In this document: piece by piece, positions 1-10,094 of the stretch
How the letters are laid out: every line of letters starts with the position of its first letter
How positions within the stretch are numbered: the stretch's first letter is position 1
NCBI GenBank assembly: GCA_020632795.1
Contig: JACKEV010000010.1
Coordinates: forward strand, 31,127-95,126
From: Alphaproteobacteria bacterium
GTDB lineage: Bacteria; Myxococcota_A; UBA796; CAJQPC01
Direction: 5' to 3'
DNA: 64,000 bases
The notes under the pieces: model-generated
Told to the model about the DNA's origin: nothing
The model's database searches: none
What the model saw: only the letters and a program-made list of their open reading frames with translations
Program-made: the position numbers and the translations under genes

Positions 1-62
1 TCGCGGTGACGGGCCGGTGCGCCCGCGCACCGCCCCCTCTCCCCGCTCTGCAGGACCGTGTG

Positions 63-1289
63 ATGTTCCCCCTCCTGATCGGGCTTCTGCCGCTGGCCTT
101 CGGCCAGGCAGAGCCCGACGAACCCGATGACAGCGGCCTCTCGGAAGAAGAGCTGGCCGAGATCGAGGCGGCCCTCTCCGCCGACGCCCCGCCCGAGGAG
201 GCCGCTCCTCCTCCACTCCAGCTCGGCGCCCGGGCGCTCCAGAGCATGAACCCCGACATCAGCTTCATCGCGGACGTCGCGCTGGCGGCGTTCAACACGG
301 AGGAGCCGCTGATGTCCGGGGGCCATGATCCCCAGGCCAACGGCTTCAACCTCCAGCAGCTCGAGCTGTCGGTGGGCCAGGCCGTCGACCCCTACTTCCG
401 CTTCGACGCGAACATCGTGTTCGCCCAGTTCGGGGTGGAGATCGAGGAGGTCTACGCCACCACCCTGGGGCTGCCCGGCCGCTTCCAGGTGCGCGCGGGG
501 CAGTTCCTGACCCGCTTCGGGCGCCAGAATCCCACCCACCCCCACGCCTGGGACTTCGTCGACCAGCCCTTCGCCCTGGGGCGGGTCTGGGGCGGCGAGG
601 GCAACCGAGGGCTGGGCGTGGAGGGCTCGGTGCTGCTGCCCCTGCCCTGGTACGTCGAGGTCGTCGCCAGCGAGACGATGGCCAACGGCGAGGCCACCGC
701 GCGCAGCTTCTACGGCGCCCAGGACCTGGGGGTGCGCTCCCCGCTCGACCTCCAGACCACCGCCGCGGTCAAGCAGTTCTTCCCGTTCAACGAGGACTGG
801 TCGCTGATGTGGGGCTTGAGCTGGGCGGGCGGGCCCAACGCCTCGGGGCGGGGCAACCGCTCCGAGGTCTACGGCACCGACCTCTACCTGCGCTACAAGC
901 CGGCGACCGTGGGGAGCTGGACCTCGGTGACCCTCACCAGCGAGTGGATGCTGCGCCGCCGCCAGGTGGGCGGGGACGTGCTCAGCGACGTGAACAGCTA
1001 CACCCAGCTCGCCTGGCGCTTCGCCCGGCGCTGGGGGGTGGCCGGGCGCTACGAGCTGGGCACCCCCGCCTGGGACCTCGACGGCGCGCTGGCCGAGGAC
1101 CCCCTGGACCCGAGCTGGACCGCCCTGCGGCACCGGGGCTCGCTCAACACCACCTTCTGGCCGACGGAGTTCTCCCGCCTGCGCCTCCAGGGCGACGCCG
1201 ACCTGCACAGCGGTCGGGCCACCCCGGACCTGGCGGTCTTCCTGGCCTTCGAATTCAACGTCGGCGCCCACGGCGCCCACCACTTCTGA
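63..1289 (+). CDS. Outer-membrane beta-barrel protein, first gene of the metal-uptake operon (partial upstream context)
   Basis: ATG at 63 followed by signal peptide MFPLLIGLLPLAFGQA. Alternating amphipathic beta-strand composition; terminal residue Phe (…GAHHF), typical of OMP barrels. Directly upstream of the ZnuA-like gene. Confidence 0.6.
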   Translation: MFPLLIGLLPLAFGQAEPDEPDDSGLSEEELAEIEAALSADAPPEEAAPPPLQLGARALQSMNPDISFIADVALAAFNTEEPLMSGGHDPQANGFNLQQLELSVGQAVDPYFRFDANIVFAQFGVEIEEVYATTLGLPGRFQVRAGQFLTRFGRQNPTHPHAWDFVDQPFALGRVWGGEGNRGLGVEGSVLLPLPWYVEVVASETMANGEATARSFYGAQDLGVRSPLDLQTTAAVKQFFPFNEDWSLMWGLSWAGGPNASGRGNRSEVYGTDLYLRYKPATVGSWTSVTLTSEWMLRRRQVGGDVLSDVNSYTQLAWRFARRWGVAGRYELGTPAWDLDGALAEDPLDPSWTALRHRGSLNTTFWPTEFSRLRLQGDADLHSGRATPDLAVFLAFEFNVGAHGAHHF

Positions 1290-1298
1290 GAGGACCCC

Positions 1299-2207
1299 AT
1301 GCGTTGGATCCACGCCCTGCTCCTCCTGCTGTTCGCGATGACCCTGGCCCGCCCTGCGCAGGCCGCGACCCGCGTGGTCGCCACCGTGCCGGACCTCGCC
1401 GCCCTGGCCGCTGAGATCGGCGGTGAGCACGTCCAGGTCACCGCGCTGTCCCTGCCCACCCAGGACCCCCACTTCGTCGACGCCCGGCCCAACCTGGCCC
1501 TGGAGCTGTCCAAGGCGGATCTGCTGCTGGTGGTCGGGCTGCAGCTGGAGGTCGGCTGGCTGCCGGCCCTGCAGACCGGCTCCCGCAACCCGAAGATCCT
1601 GCAGGGGGCGGCGGGCTACCTGGACTGCTCCCAGTTCGTGACCCTGCTCCAGGTGCCCACCCAGCAGCTCTCCCGGGCGATGGGGGACATCCACCCTGGC
1701 GGCAACCCCCACTACCTCTACGACCCCCGCGCGGTGCGCAGCGTGGCCCTGGGCATCGCCGAGCGCCTGGCCCAGGTCGACCCGGCGCACGCCGATGCCT
1801 TCCGGGCCAACGCCCAGGACTTCGTGGGCCGCCTGGACGCGGCGCGGGTGCGGTGGGAGGCGGACCTGGCCGGGCTCAAGGGCCAGCCCATCATCGCCTT
1901 CCACAACTCCTGGCCCTACCTGGCGGACTGGCTGGGCTTCGACCTGATCATGCACATCGAGCCCAAGCCGGGCATCCCGCCCACGCCCGCGCACGTGAGC
2001 CATGTGCTCCAGGCCGCCCGGGAGCAGGGCGTGAAGGTCATCCTCCAGGAGGCCTACTTCCCCACGACCACCTCCCAGCTGGTCGCCGACAAGGCCGGGG
2101 CGAAGCTGGTGGTCCTGGCCGGGGGGACGGACTTCAACGCCGGGCAGGGCTGGATCGCCAACATGGACGCCCAGGTCGCCGCCCTCAAGGCCGGGCTGGG
2201 AGGCTGA
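1299..2207 (+). CDS. Metal (Zn/Mn) ABC transporter substrate-binding protein, ZnuA/TroA family
   Basis: Signal peptide MRWIHALLLLLFAMTLARPAQA. 'ATRVVATVPDLAALAAEIGG…VQVTAL' and 'IIAFHNSWPYLADWLGF' match cluster A-I (TroA-like) solute-binding proteins. Operon with ABC ATPase and permease. Confidence 0.8.
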   Translation: MRWIHALLLLLFAMTLARPAQAATRVVATVPDLAALAAEIGGEHVQVTALSLPTQDPHFVDARPNLALELSKADLLLVVGLQLEVGWLPALQTGSRNPKILQGAAGYLDCSQFVTLLQVPTQQLSRAMGDIHPGGNPHYLYDPRAVRSVALGIAERLAQVDPAHADAFRANAQDFVGRLDAARVRWEADLAGLKGQPIIAFHNSWPYLADWLGFDLIMHIEPKPGIPPTPAHVSHVLQAAREQGVKVILQEAYFPTTTSQLVADKAGAKLVVLAGGTDFNAGQGWIANMDAQVAALKAGLGG

Positions 2208-2208
2208 C

Positions 2209-2997
2209 ATGACGCTGCTGTTCGCCCTGGCCGGGTGCACGTTCACGCCCGGCACCGAGGGCTTCACGACCCTCGACAGCGCCGCCCTCACGGGCGGGTG
2301 GGAGGCCGAGGACCCCGCGCTGCCGCAGATCCTGCGCGAGGACGGCACCACGATCACGATCACGTCGGCCTCCTTGCAGCCGGCGTGGCTGTCGCTCCAG
2401 TCGATCTCGGGGGCGGGGTCGACCTTCGACCCCGCCGACCCGCCGGAGGGCTACGGGCTCTGCCACAGCGGGCACTGCCACCGCGACGACGGCGCGCTGG
2501 TCGACTACGTCGACATCCAGGCCGAGCTGGCCGGGGGCGACCTCACCTTCGAGGACGTGGTGACGTGGTCGGGCCTGGAGGTGGACCTGCTCGACCCGAC
2601 CGAGCAGGACCTCGGGGACCCCTCTCCCTCCCCGCACCTGCCCATCGTGGCGCTGCGCCAGCTCGAGGTGGGCTTCCCCGACGACGCGCCGGGGCTGCTC
2701 ATCGAGGGGCAGCTCACCGGGGACACCTTCGAGGCCCCCACCCCCCTCGTCGTGGAGCTGCCCGTCGTGGAGCCCTGGGTCGGGGGCATGGACCTCACCG
2801 TAGACCGGACCCAGGCGCCCGAGGTCGCGGTGACCATCGCGCTGGCGCTGGACGAGACCCTGTTCGACGGGGTCCCGCTGGCCCCCGACGGCGAGTCCGC
2901 GGAGGTGGTGCTGGACGACCCCGACGATCCCGCCGCCCAGGTGCTCCTGGAGAACCTGCTGGCGCTGGAGCCTGACCTCGACTGGACGGAGCGGTGA
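2209..2997 (+). CDS. Hypothetical lipoprotein (lipobox LAGC), contains HSGHCH motif
   Basis: MTLLFALAGCTF lipoprotein signal. No recognisable family. Embedded between the ZnuA-like and ZnuC-like genes. Acidic with a His/Cys cluster. Confidence 0.5.
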   Translation: MTLLFALAGCTFTPGTEGFTTLDSAALTGGWEAEDPALPQILREDGTTITITSASLQPAWLSLQSISGAGSTFDPADPPEGYGLCHSGHCHRDDGALVDYVDIQAELAGGDLTFEDVVTWSGLEVDLLDPTEQDLGDPSPSPHLPIVALRQLEVGFPDDAPGLLIEGQLTGDTFEAPTPLVVELPVVEPWVGGMDLTVDRTQAPEVAVTIALALDETLFDGVPLAPDGESAEVVLDDPDDPAAQVLLENLLALEPDLDWTER

Positions 2998-3725
2998 TGG
3001 CGGACGACGTGCTGCTGCGGTGCGAGAAGCTGGAGGTCGGCTACGGGGGCAAGGCCATCCTGCCGCCTGTGGACCTGGAGCTGCGCGCCGGGGAGTTCTG
3101 GGCGGTCATCGGGCGGAACGGCTCGGGCAAGTCCACCTGGTTCCGCACCCTGCTGGGGCTCCTGCCGGCGGTGTCCGGGCGGGTGCTTCAGCCCGGCGGC
3201 CCGGTGGAGCTGGCCTATGTGGGCCAGCGCATGGCCTTCGACCCGCTGTTCCCGGTCACCGCCCGCGAGGTGGTGACGATGGGCACGATGCGGCGCTGGT
3301 CCTTCCTCAAGCCCTCGCTCAAGGCCCCGCCCATCGTGGACGAGGCCCTGGAGGCCGTGGACGCGGCGGGGCTGGCCACGCGCAGCTTCCGAGCGCTGTC
3401 CGAGGGGCAGAAGCAGCGGGTGCTGCTGGCCCGGATGGTCGCCTCGGGGGCCCGCCTGGCCCTGCTGGACGAGCCCACCGCCGCGATGGACGCGGTGGCC
3501 GAGCGGCAGGCGATGGAGCTGATCGACCGGGTCCGCCAGCGCTTCGGGATGGCGGTGCTCGTGGTCAGCCACCACCTGGAGGCCACCCTGCCCCTGGCCG
3601 AGCGCGCCCTGTTCGTCGACCCGGACCACGACGCGGTCGTTGTGGGCGCGGTGGACGACGTCTGCCGGCACCGGGTCTTCATCGCGCGCTACGGCGCCCA
3701 CATCGCGGAGGGCCTCCATGGATGA
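2994..3725 (+). CDS. Metal ABC transporter ATP-binding protein (ZnuC-like)
   Basis: Walker A GRNGSGKST, ABC signature LSEGQKQRVLLAR, Walker B LALLDEPTAAMD. GTG start overlapping the upstream stop (GTGA). Confidence 0.85.
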   Translation: MMADDVLLRCEKLEVGYGGKAILPPVDLELRAGEFWAVIGRNGSGKSTWFRTLLGLLPAVSGRVLQPGGPVELAYVGQRMAFDPLFPVTAREVVTMGTMRRWSFLKPSLKAPPIVDEALEAVDAAGLATRSFRALSEGQKQRVLLARMVASGARLALLDEPTAAMDAVAERQAMELIDRVRQRFGMAVLVVSHHLEATLPLAERALFVDPDHDAVVVGAVDDVCRHRVFIARYGAHIAEGLHG

Positions 3726-4569
3726 CGTCGCGCCGAGCTGGCAGGACTTCGCCCTGGCCTTTGAGCTGTTCCGAGACCCGATCCTCTGCGGCATCATCGC
3801 CGGGGCGGTGCTCGGGTATCTGGCCGTGCACATCGTGCTGCGGCGCATGGTGTTCGTCACCGCGACCCTCACCCAGACCGCGGGGCTGGGCGTGGCGCTG
3901 GGCTTCTACGCCGCCATCTTCCTGGAGACCGAGGTCCACCCGGTGGTGAGCGCGCTGGCGGCGTCGCTGACGGCCGCCTGGGTGCTCTCCCTGCCCACCG
4001 ACCGCCTCAAGCTCTCCCGGGAGAGCGTGCTCGCGGCGATGTGGCTGCTGGCGGGGGCGGGGGCGGTGCTGGTGGGGGACCGCATCTCCCAGGAGGCCCA
4101 CGACATCGCCGCGATCCTGTTCGGCACGGCCGTGCTGGTGCGGCCCGAGGACCTGCGCATGGTGGTGGGGGTCGGGGCCCTGGTGCTGGGCGCGGCGTGG
4201 TGGTGGCGCGAGGGCTTCATCTTCGCCGGCTTCGACCGGGAGGGCGCGCGGGTGCAGGGCCTGCCGGTGCGCCTGCTGGACATGGGGCTGCTGGCGCTGA
4301 TCACCTGCATGGTGGCGGTGGCGACCCGTGCGCTGGGGGCGCTGCCGGTGTTCGCGTTCTCGGTGCTGCCGGGCATGGCCGCGCTGATGCTGACCTCGCG
4401 GCTGCGCTGGGCCTTCCCCCTGGCGGCCCTGGGGGGCGCGGCGGCCGGAGGGCTGGGGTACATGGCTGCGTTCTTCCTGGAGTTCCCGGTGGGGGCCTCC
4501 CAGACGGCGGTGGCGGTGCTGCTGGTGGCGCTGGCCGCGCCGGTCCGGCTGGTGCGGGGCGGGCAGTAA
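3718..4569 (+). CDS. Metal ABC transporter permease (ZnuB-like, ABC-3 family)
   Basis: ATG in ATGGATGA overlap with the ATPase stop. Multi-TM protein with ABC-3 permease pattern (…ILCGIIAGAVLGYLAVHIVLRRMVF…). Confidence 0.8.
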   Translation: MDDVAPSWQDFALAFELFRDPILCGIIAGAVLGYLAVHIVLRRMVFVTATLTQTAGLGVALGFYAAIFLETEVHPVVSALAASLTAAWVLSLPTDRLKLSRESVLAAMWLLAGAGAVLVGDRISQEAHDIAAILFGTAVLVRPEDLRMVVGVGALVLGAAWWWREGFIFAGFDREGARVQGLPVRLLDMGLLALITCMVAVATRALGALPVFAFSVLPGMAALMLTSRLRWAFPLAALGGAAAGGLGYMAAFFLEFPVGASQTAVAVLLVALAAPVRLVRGGQ

Positions 4570-4673
4570 GGCGAGCTGGCACGGAATCTGCAAGAAATCT
4601 GCACGTCCCGCTCGGGACGTCCTCCACCCATCCCCCGCTGAAGCTGATCCCGCTGCCGCAGACGGAGAACATC

Positions 4674-4844
4674 ATGGCCCGCTCCCTCACCGTCAAGCAC
4701 ACCGAAGCCCCCGGTACTTCCTCCCTCCTCAACGTCTTCCTCGCCCTGGCGTTCGGCTGGCTCGTGGTCAGCATGCTGGTCGCGGGCGCGACGGCGAGCC
4801 CGGCGGACGCCCCGGTCGAGGCGGCTGTTGTCAACGGGATGTAG
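4674..4844 (+). CDS. Possible small membrane protein (56 aa)
   Basis: ATG preceded by GGAGAA RBS. One hydrophobic helix (LLNVFLALAFGWLVVSMLVAGA). Sits in the otherwise empty 330 bp after the permease. Could be spurious. Confidence 0.25.
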   Translation: MARSLTVKHTEAPGTSSLLNVFLALAFGWLVVSMLVAGATASPADAPVEAAVVNGM

Positions 4845-4905
4845 AACGCCCGCAACAGCATGTAGATTTGACACCGAACAGGCCCCTCGTGGGCCTGTCG
4901 GCGCT

Positions 4906-6570
4906 TCAGGGGGGGACGGCCCAGATCGCCAGGTCGGGCTCGGCGACGATCGGAGGGCCCAAGGTGCGCTGGAGCAGCGCGGCGGCGGCGTCCGGGGTCC
5001 GGGCCCGGTCGCGGTGGAGGACGACCCAGCCCACGCCCCAGTCCTGGAGCTGCGCGATCGAGGCCTCGACCGCGCCGGGCTGCTCCAGGGCCTGGATTCG
5101 GGTGAGATCCGCCGGAGCGCGCCGTCGGGCCGGCAGGGCGGAGGGCACCCCGCAGAGGGCGTCCGCGACGGCCACCAGGCGGTTCTTCGTGAGCGCGGCG
5201 TCCCGGCCCTCGTCGTTCTCGGTGATCGGCCGTCCGTGGAACGGTTGCCATCGATCGTAGATCCGAGGCGGCTCGATCCCGAACTCGGTCCGGCCGTTGT
5301 TGAAGGGGAGCTGGACCAGGGCGCCCGGCCCCTCCAGGGCCATCAGCGCGGCAGGGGGCCGGGGGTCGTAGGCGGGCCTCGGCCAGGGGGTCTGGGAGAA
5401 GGCCAGCGCGTCGATCAGCAGGAGCGCGGGCCACAACGGCGCGGTCCTCGGCCAGCGGGCGGCCAACCGCGCGGCCCCCAGGCCCGCCGCCACCGCCAGG
5501 AACACCGTCGCCGGTCCGGCCGCGCGGTGCCAGTGGCTCAGGCCCTCCAACGCGGGGAAGGCTTGGGTGAGCCACAGCGCGGGCAGGCCGATCTCCGGGA
5601 GGACGGGGTGCCCCGCGACGCGCAGCCAGGGCCCCAGCGCCAGGGTCCAGAGCGGCGCGCACGCCGCCCACAGCCAGCGGGCGGAGCGACCCGCGGCCAG
5701 CGCCAGCCCCAGTGCGACCAGCCCCAGGTACACCGACTTGGACACCGGCACGCGCTCGACCGCCGGCAGCACGAGGTTCAGCAGGTCGGTCCCGAAGAGG
5801 GGGGTGTGCCGCCAGCCCTCGCCGGGGGGCACGACGCCCGGCGCGCTCCAGCGGTCTGCCCACTGCGACTTCAGCGCAAGGAAGTGCAGGAACCGCGGCA
5901 GGATCGGGATCAGCGCGACCCCGCCTGCCGCGAGCAGGCCCGCGACGGTGCGCCGGACGGGGGCCCTGCGGAGCGCCCAGGCCGAGACCACCGCCGCCGC
6001 GATCAGGCCGAACACCGCGTGGTACCAGCCCGCGCCCACGAAGGCCGCCAGGGCGAGCCCGGCCAGGGTCCAGTGCCCCCACCGCCCCGAGCGCGCCGCG
6101 CGCAGAGAGGCCGCTGCGAAGAGGCCGATCCAGCCCACCGGCAGCGCCTCGGTGATGCCGAACGCCGTCGCTCCGGCCAGGAAGGGCGCGCTGGCGGCGG
6201 CCACCCCGGCGGTCACCGCCCCCCACGGCGGGACCTCCAGGGCGCGGGCCAGGGCCCAGGCGCCGAAGAAGGCCAGCAGCCCGTTGCCGAAGCCCACCAG
6301 GTTGTAGCCCAGGGTGGGATCGAGCCAGGCCCCCGCCGCGTAGAGGGGCAGGTTCACCGGGTCCATGAGCGGGAGGTCGAGGCCGTCAGGCAGGTTGCTC
6401 CACGGGCCCGGCCGGTCCAGGGCCTGCTGGAGGGCGACCCAGAGCATCTTGTGGTGGTTGTCGGCCTCGCCGGTCGACGCGGCGATGAGGCCCCAGCCGG
6501 TCGGCAGATGGACCACCGTGACCGTGAGCAGGGCGGCGAGGATGGGGGGAGGTGCGCGCAACCGGTGCAC
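4906..6570 (-). CDS. Polytopic membrane protein, glycosyltransferase-39/YfhO-like (hypothetical)
   Basis: About 12 predicted TM segments followed by a soluble C-terminal domain. GTG start 1 nt after the upstream CRTAC1-like gene stop. Composition is not Arg/Pro-biased, unlike the overlapping antisense ORFs. Confidence 0.6.
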   Translation of the reverse strand: MHRLRAPPPILAALLTVTVVHLPTGWGLIAASTGEADNHHKMLWVALQQALDRPGPWSNLPDGLDLPLMDPVNLPLYAAGAWLDPTLGYNLVGFGNGLLAFFGAWALARALEVPPWGAVTAGVAAASAPFLAGATAFGITEALPVGWIGLFAAASLRAARSGRWGHWTLAGLALAAFVGAGWYHAVFGLIAAAVVSAWALRRAPVRRTVAGLLAAGGVALIPILPRFLHFLALKSQWADRWSAPGVVPPGEGWRHTPLFGTDLLNLVLPAVERVPVSKSVYLGLVALGLALAAGRSARWLWAACAPLWTLALGPWLRVAGHPVLPEIGLPALWLTQAFPALEGLSHWHRAAGPATVFLAVAAGLGAARLAARWPRTAPLWPALLLIDALAFSQTPWPRPAYDPRPPAALMALEGPGALVQLPFNNGRTEFGIEPPRIYDRWQPFHGRPITENDEGRDAALTKNRLVAVADALCGVPSALPARRRAPADLTRIQALEQPGAVEASIAQLQDWGVGWVVLHRDRARTPDAAAALLQRTLGPPIVAEPDLAIWAVPP

Positions 6571-6571
6571 C

Positions 6572-8137
6572 CTACCGCACGCGCGGGGCCGCCCGGGTGA
6601 CGGTGAGGCGCTGGCGGGGCTCGATGGCGTCGAAAGCGCTGACCTCGCCGTCCGGCCAGCGCACCGTGAGGGCGTCGATCCGCTCGGCCTCTCCCAGCCC
6701 GAAGTGGACGACCGGGGGCCCGCTGGAGGAGACGCTGGTGCCGCCGGCCCGCAGCTCCTGCCAGAAGATGCGGCCGTCGACCTCCACCTCCACCCGTGCG
6801 CCGACGCCGAAGCGGTTGGGGCCCTCGTCCGCCAGCGCCACGCTCAGCCAGGCGGCGTCGCCGCAGCGGGACAGGGCGAGCTGCCCGGGGCCGTCCCGGT
6901 CGCGGGTGACGAGGTCGGGCCAGCCGTCGCCGTTGAGGTCGGCGGCGACCACGCCCCGGTTGACGCCGCGGTGGGCGAGCCCCCAGTCCTCGGCGACCTG
7001 GGTGAAGCCGCCGTCGTCTTCCTGGCGCCACACCCCGTCGGGCTGCTCGGTCCAGCCGGCCGGCGAGCCCCAGGCCAGGGGCCCGAAGCTCATCACGGCG
7101 TCCAGCCGGCCGTCATTGTCCAGGTCGACCAGCTCGGTGCCCCAGCCGGAGCGGCGCAGCTCGGCGGCCTCCGGCACGAGGCCCCGGGCGGCGTGGGCCT
7201 CGAACCACCAGCCGGGCCCGCCGCTCTCGAAGAGCACCGGGGGTCCGACGTTGGAGGTCAGCAGCTCGGGCAGGCCGTCGTCGTTGAGGTCCCCGATGCC
7301 CAGGCCCATGCCGCAAACGGGCACCTGGAGGCCGGAGCCGGCCGAGGCGTCCACGAAAGCCCCGCCCTCGTTCAGGAAGAGGCGGTTGGGCAGCAGGTGC
7401 CCGAAGTCGTTGATCAGCAGCAGGTCGGCGTCGCCATCGGCGTCGACGTCGGGCCAGGAGGCGACCCAGGTGTAGCCCTCCAGCGCCTCGGGGGGCAGGA
7501 GGCTGCTGGCGTCGGCGAAGCGGCCCCCGCCGAGGTTCTCCAGCAGGCGGTTGGGGTCGGGGGCCTCGGGCGGGCCGGGGTCGTCGCCGTCCCGGAAGGT
7601 GGCCACGAAGAGGTCGAGGTCGCCGTCGCCGTCCACGTCCACCCATGCGCTGCCGACGCTGCTGTGGGCGTCGTGGCCGGGGAAGCCCTCGGCCTCGGTG
7701 AAGAAGCCGGCGCCGTCGTTCAGCCAGAGGCGGTCGGGGGCCTCGCTGGCGGCCAGGTGCAGGTCGAGGTCCCCGTCCCCGTCGACGTCGGCGGCGCTGG
7801 CCCCGACGCCCCCCTCGGGCGCGACGGAGGGCGGCAGGCGGGCCTCGGTCTCGTCCTCGAAGCGCCCGTCCCCGGCGCCCACCCGCAGCGCGCCTCGCCG
7901 CTCGGCGGGCAGGTAGAGGTCGAGCGCGCCGTCGCCGGTGAGGTCGGCGACCACCACCCCCGCGTTGCGCCACAGCCGCGTGTCGTGCTCGAAGGGGGCG
8001 TCCAGCGCGCGGACCTCGAAGGGCCCGTCCGCGCGGGCTCCAGGGTCGGCGCAGTCGATGGGGCCCGAGGCGACGAGGGTCACGCCGGGGTTCGCGCACC
8101 CCGCGCCGAACGCCAGAGCCGCCATGAGGCGCGTCAT
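6572..8137 (-). CDS. CRTAC1-family lipoprotein (FG-GAP/VCBS repeats + ASPIC/UnbV C-terminal domain)
   Basis: Lipobox AFGAGC. Repeated 'DxDGDGDLDL' FG-GAP-type Ca-binding loops. C-terminal 'RFGVGARVEVEVDGRIFWQELRAGGTSVSSSGPPVVHFGLGEAERIDALTVRWPDG' matches the ASPIC/UnbV domain. Confidence 0.8.
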   Translation of the reverse strand: MTRLMAALAFGAGCANPGVTLVASGPIDCADPGARADGPFEVRALDAPFEHDTRLWRNAGVVVADLTGDGALDLYLPAERRGALRVGAGDGRFEDETEARLPPSVAPEGGVGASAADVDGDGDLDLHLAASEAPDRLWLNDGAGFFTEAEGFPGHDAHSSVGSAWVDVDGDGDLDLFVATFRDGDDPGPPEAPDPNRLLENLGGGRFADASSLLPPEALEGYTWVASWPDVDADGDADLLLINDFGHLLPNRLFLNEGGAFVDASAGSGLQVPVCGMGLGIGDLNDDGLPELLTSNVGPPVLFESGGPGWWFEAHAARGLVPEAAELRRSGWGTELVDLDNDGRLDAVMSFGPLAWGSPAGWTEQPDGVWRQEDDGGFTQVAEDWGLAHRGVNRGVVAADLNGDGWPDLVTRDRDGPGQLALSRCGDAAWLSVALADEGPNRFGVGARVEVEVDGRIFWQELRAGGTSVSSSGPPVVHFGLGEAERIDALTVRWPDGEVSAFDAIEPRQRLTVTRAAPRVR

Positions 8138-8159
8138 GCCCGACAGCGTGCCACAGAAC

Positions 8160-8989
8160 TCAGGCCGCTGAGTAGCAGCTCATGGGCCAGAGGCGGGCGT
8201 AGGGCCGGTCCTCGGAGTTGACCAGCAGCCGCGGCCGGGCCGTGAGCACCTCGCAGCCGCGCCGGGTGACCAGCACCGTGTGCTCGAACTGGGCGGAGAG
8301 GGAGGCGTCGCGGGTCACCGCGGTCCAGCCGTCGCTCAGGACGGAGACCTCGGGGCCGCCCAGGTTGAGCATCGGCTCGATGGTGAAGGCCATGCCGCGC
8401 TTGAGCCGGGGGCCGGTGCCCGGGAAGCCGTAGTGGGGCACGGTGGGCTCGTCGTGGAACACGCGGTTGACGCCGTGGCCGGCGAAGGCCCGCACCACGG
8501 AGCAGCGCTGGGCGCGGGCGAAGCGGGAGATGGCCGCGCCGATGTCCCCCACCCGGGCGCCCGGGCGGACCACCTCCAGGCCGATCTCCAGGCTGCGGCG
8601 GCAGGTCTCGACCAGGTGGATGGCCTGGGGGGAGGGCTCACCGATGTAGAAGGTGGCGCTGGTGTCGCCATGCCAGCCGTGCTTCGCGGGCAGCACCGGG
8701 GTGACGTCGACGTTGAGGATGTCGCCGTCCTGGAGCACGCGCGGGCCGGGGATGCCGTGGCAGACGACCTCGTTGACGCTGGTGCAGACGCTGCGGGGGA
8801 AGCCCCGGTAGTTCAGCGGGCCGGAGCGGGCGCCGCGCGCCTCGGTGAAGGCCACGACGATGTCGTCGATGTCCTGGGTGGTCAGGCCGGGGCGGAGCTG
8901 GTCGCCGACGTGGCAGAGAAGCTCCGCGGCCAGCGCCCCGACGCGCCGCATGGCCTCGATCTCCGGCGCTGTGAGGATGCGGATGCCCA

Positions 8990-8990
<1 letters not shown>
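8160..8990 (-). CDS. map: Methionine aminopeptidase, type I
   Basis: Pita-bread fold motifs: 'VCHGIPGPRVLQDGDILNVDV', 'HGWHGDTSATF', 'FAGHGVNRVFHDEP', 'FTIEPML'. Confidence 0.9.
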
Positions 8991-10051
<1,061 letters not shown>

Positions 10052-10094
10052 TTATGGACCGGCTCTCCGATGACCCCGCAGTGAGGACGCGACG

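Noticed and set aside
2505-3872. 455-aa minus-strand ORF antisense to the ABC ATPase and lipoprotein genes
   Set aside because: Arg/Pro/Gly/Ala-rich low-complexity translation, typical of frame-shifted high-GC sequence. It overlaps well-supported genes on the opposite strand.
4301-6226. 641-aa minus-strand ORF and the 590-aa plus-strand ORF (4828-6600)
   Set aside because: Both are composition-biased (R, P, G, A) alternative frames of the real 12-TM membrane protein gene (4906-6570, minus strand).
6365-8221. 618-aa plus-strand ORF antisense to the CRTAC1-like gene
   Set aside because: Spurious GC-frame ORF. The opposite strand encodes a domain-recognisable protein.
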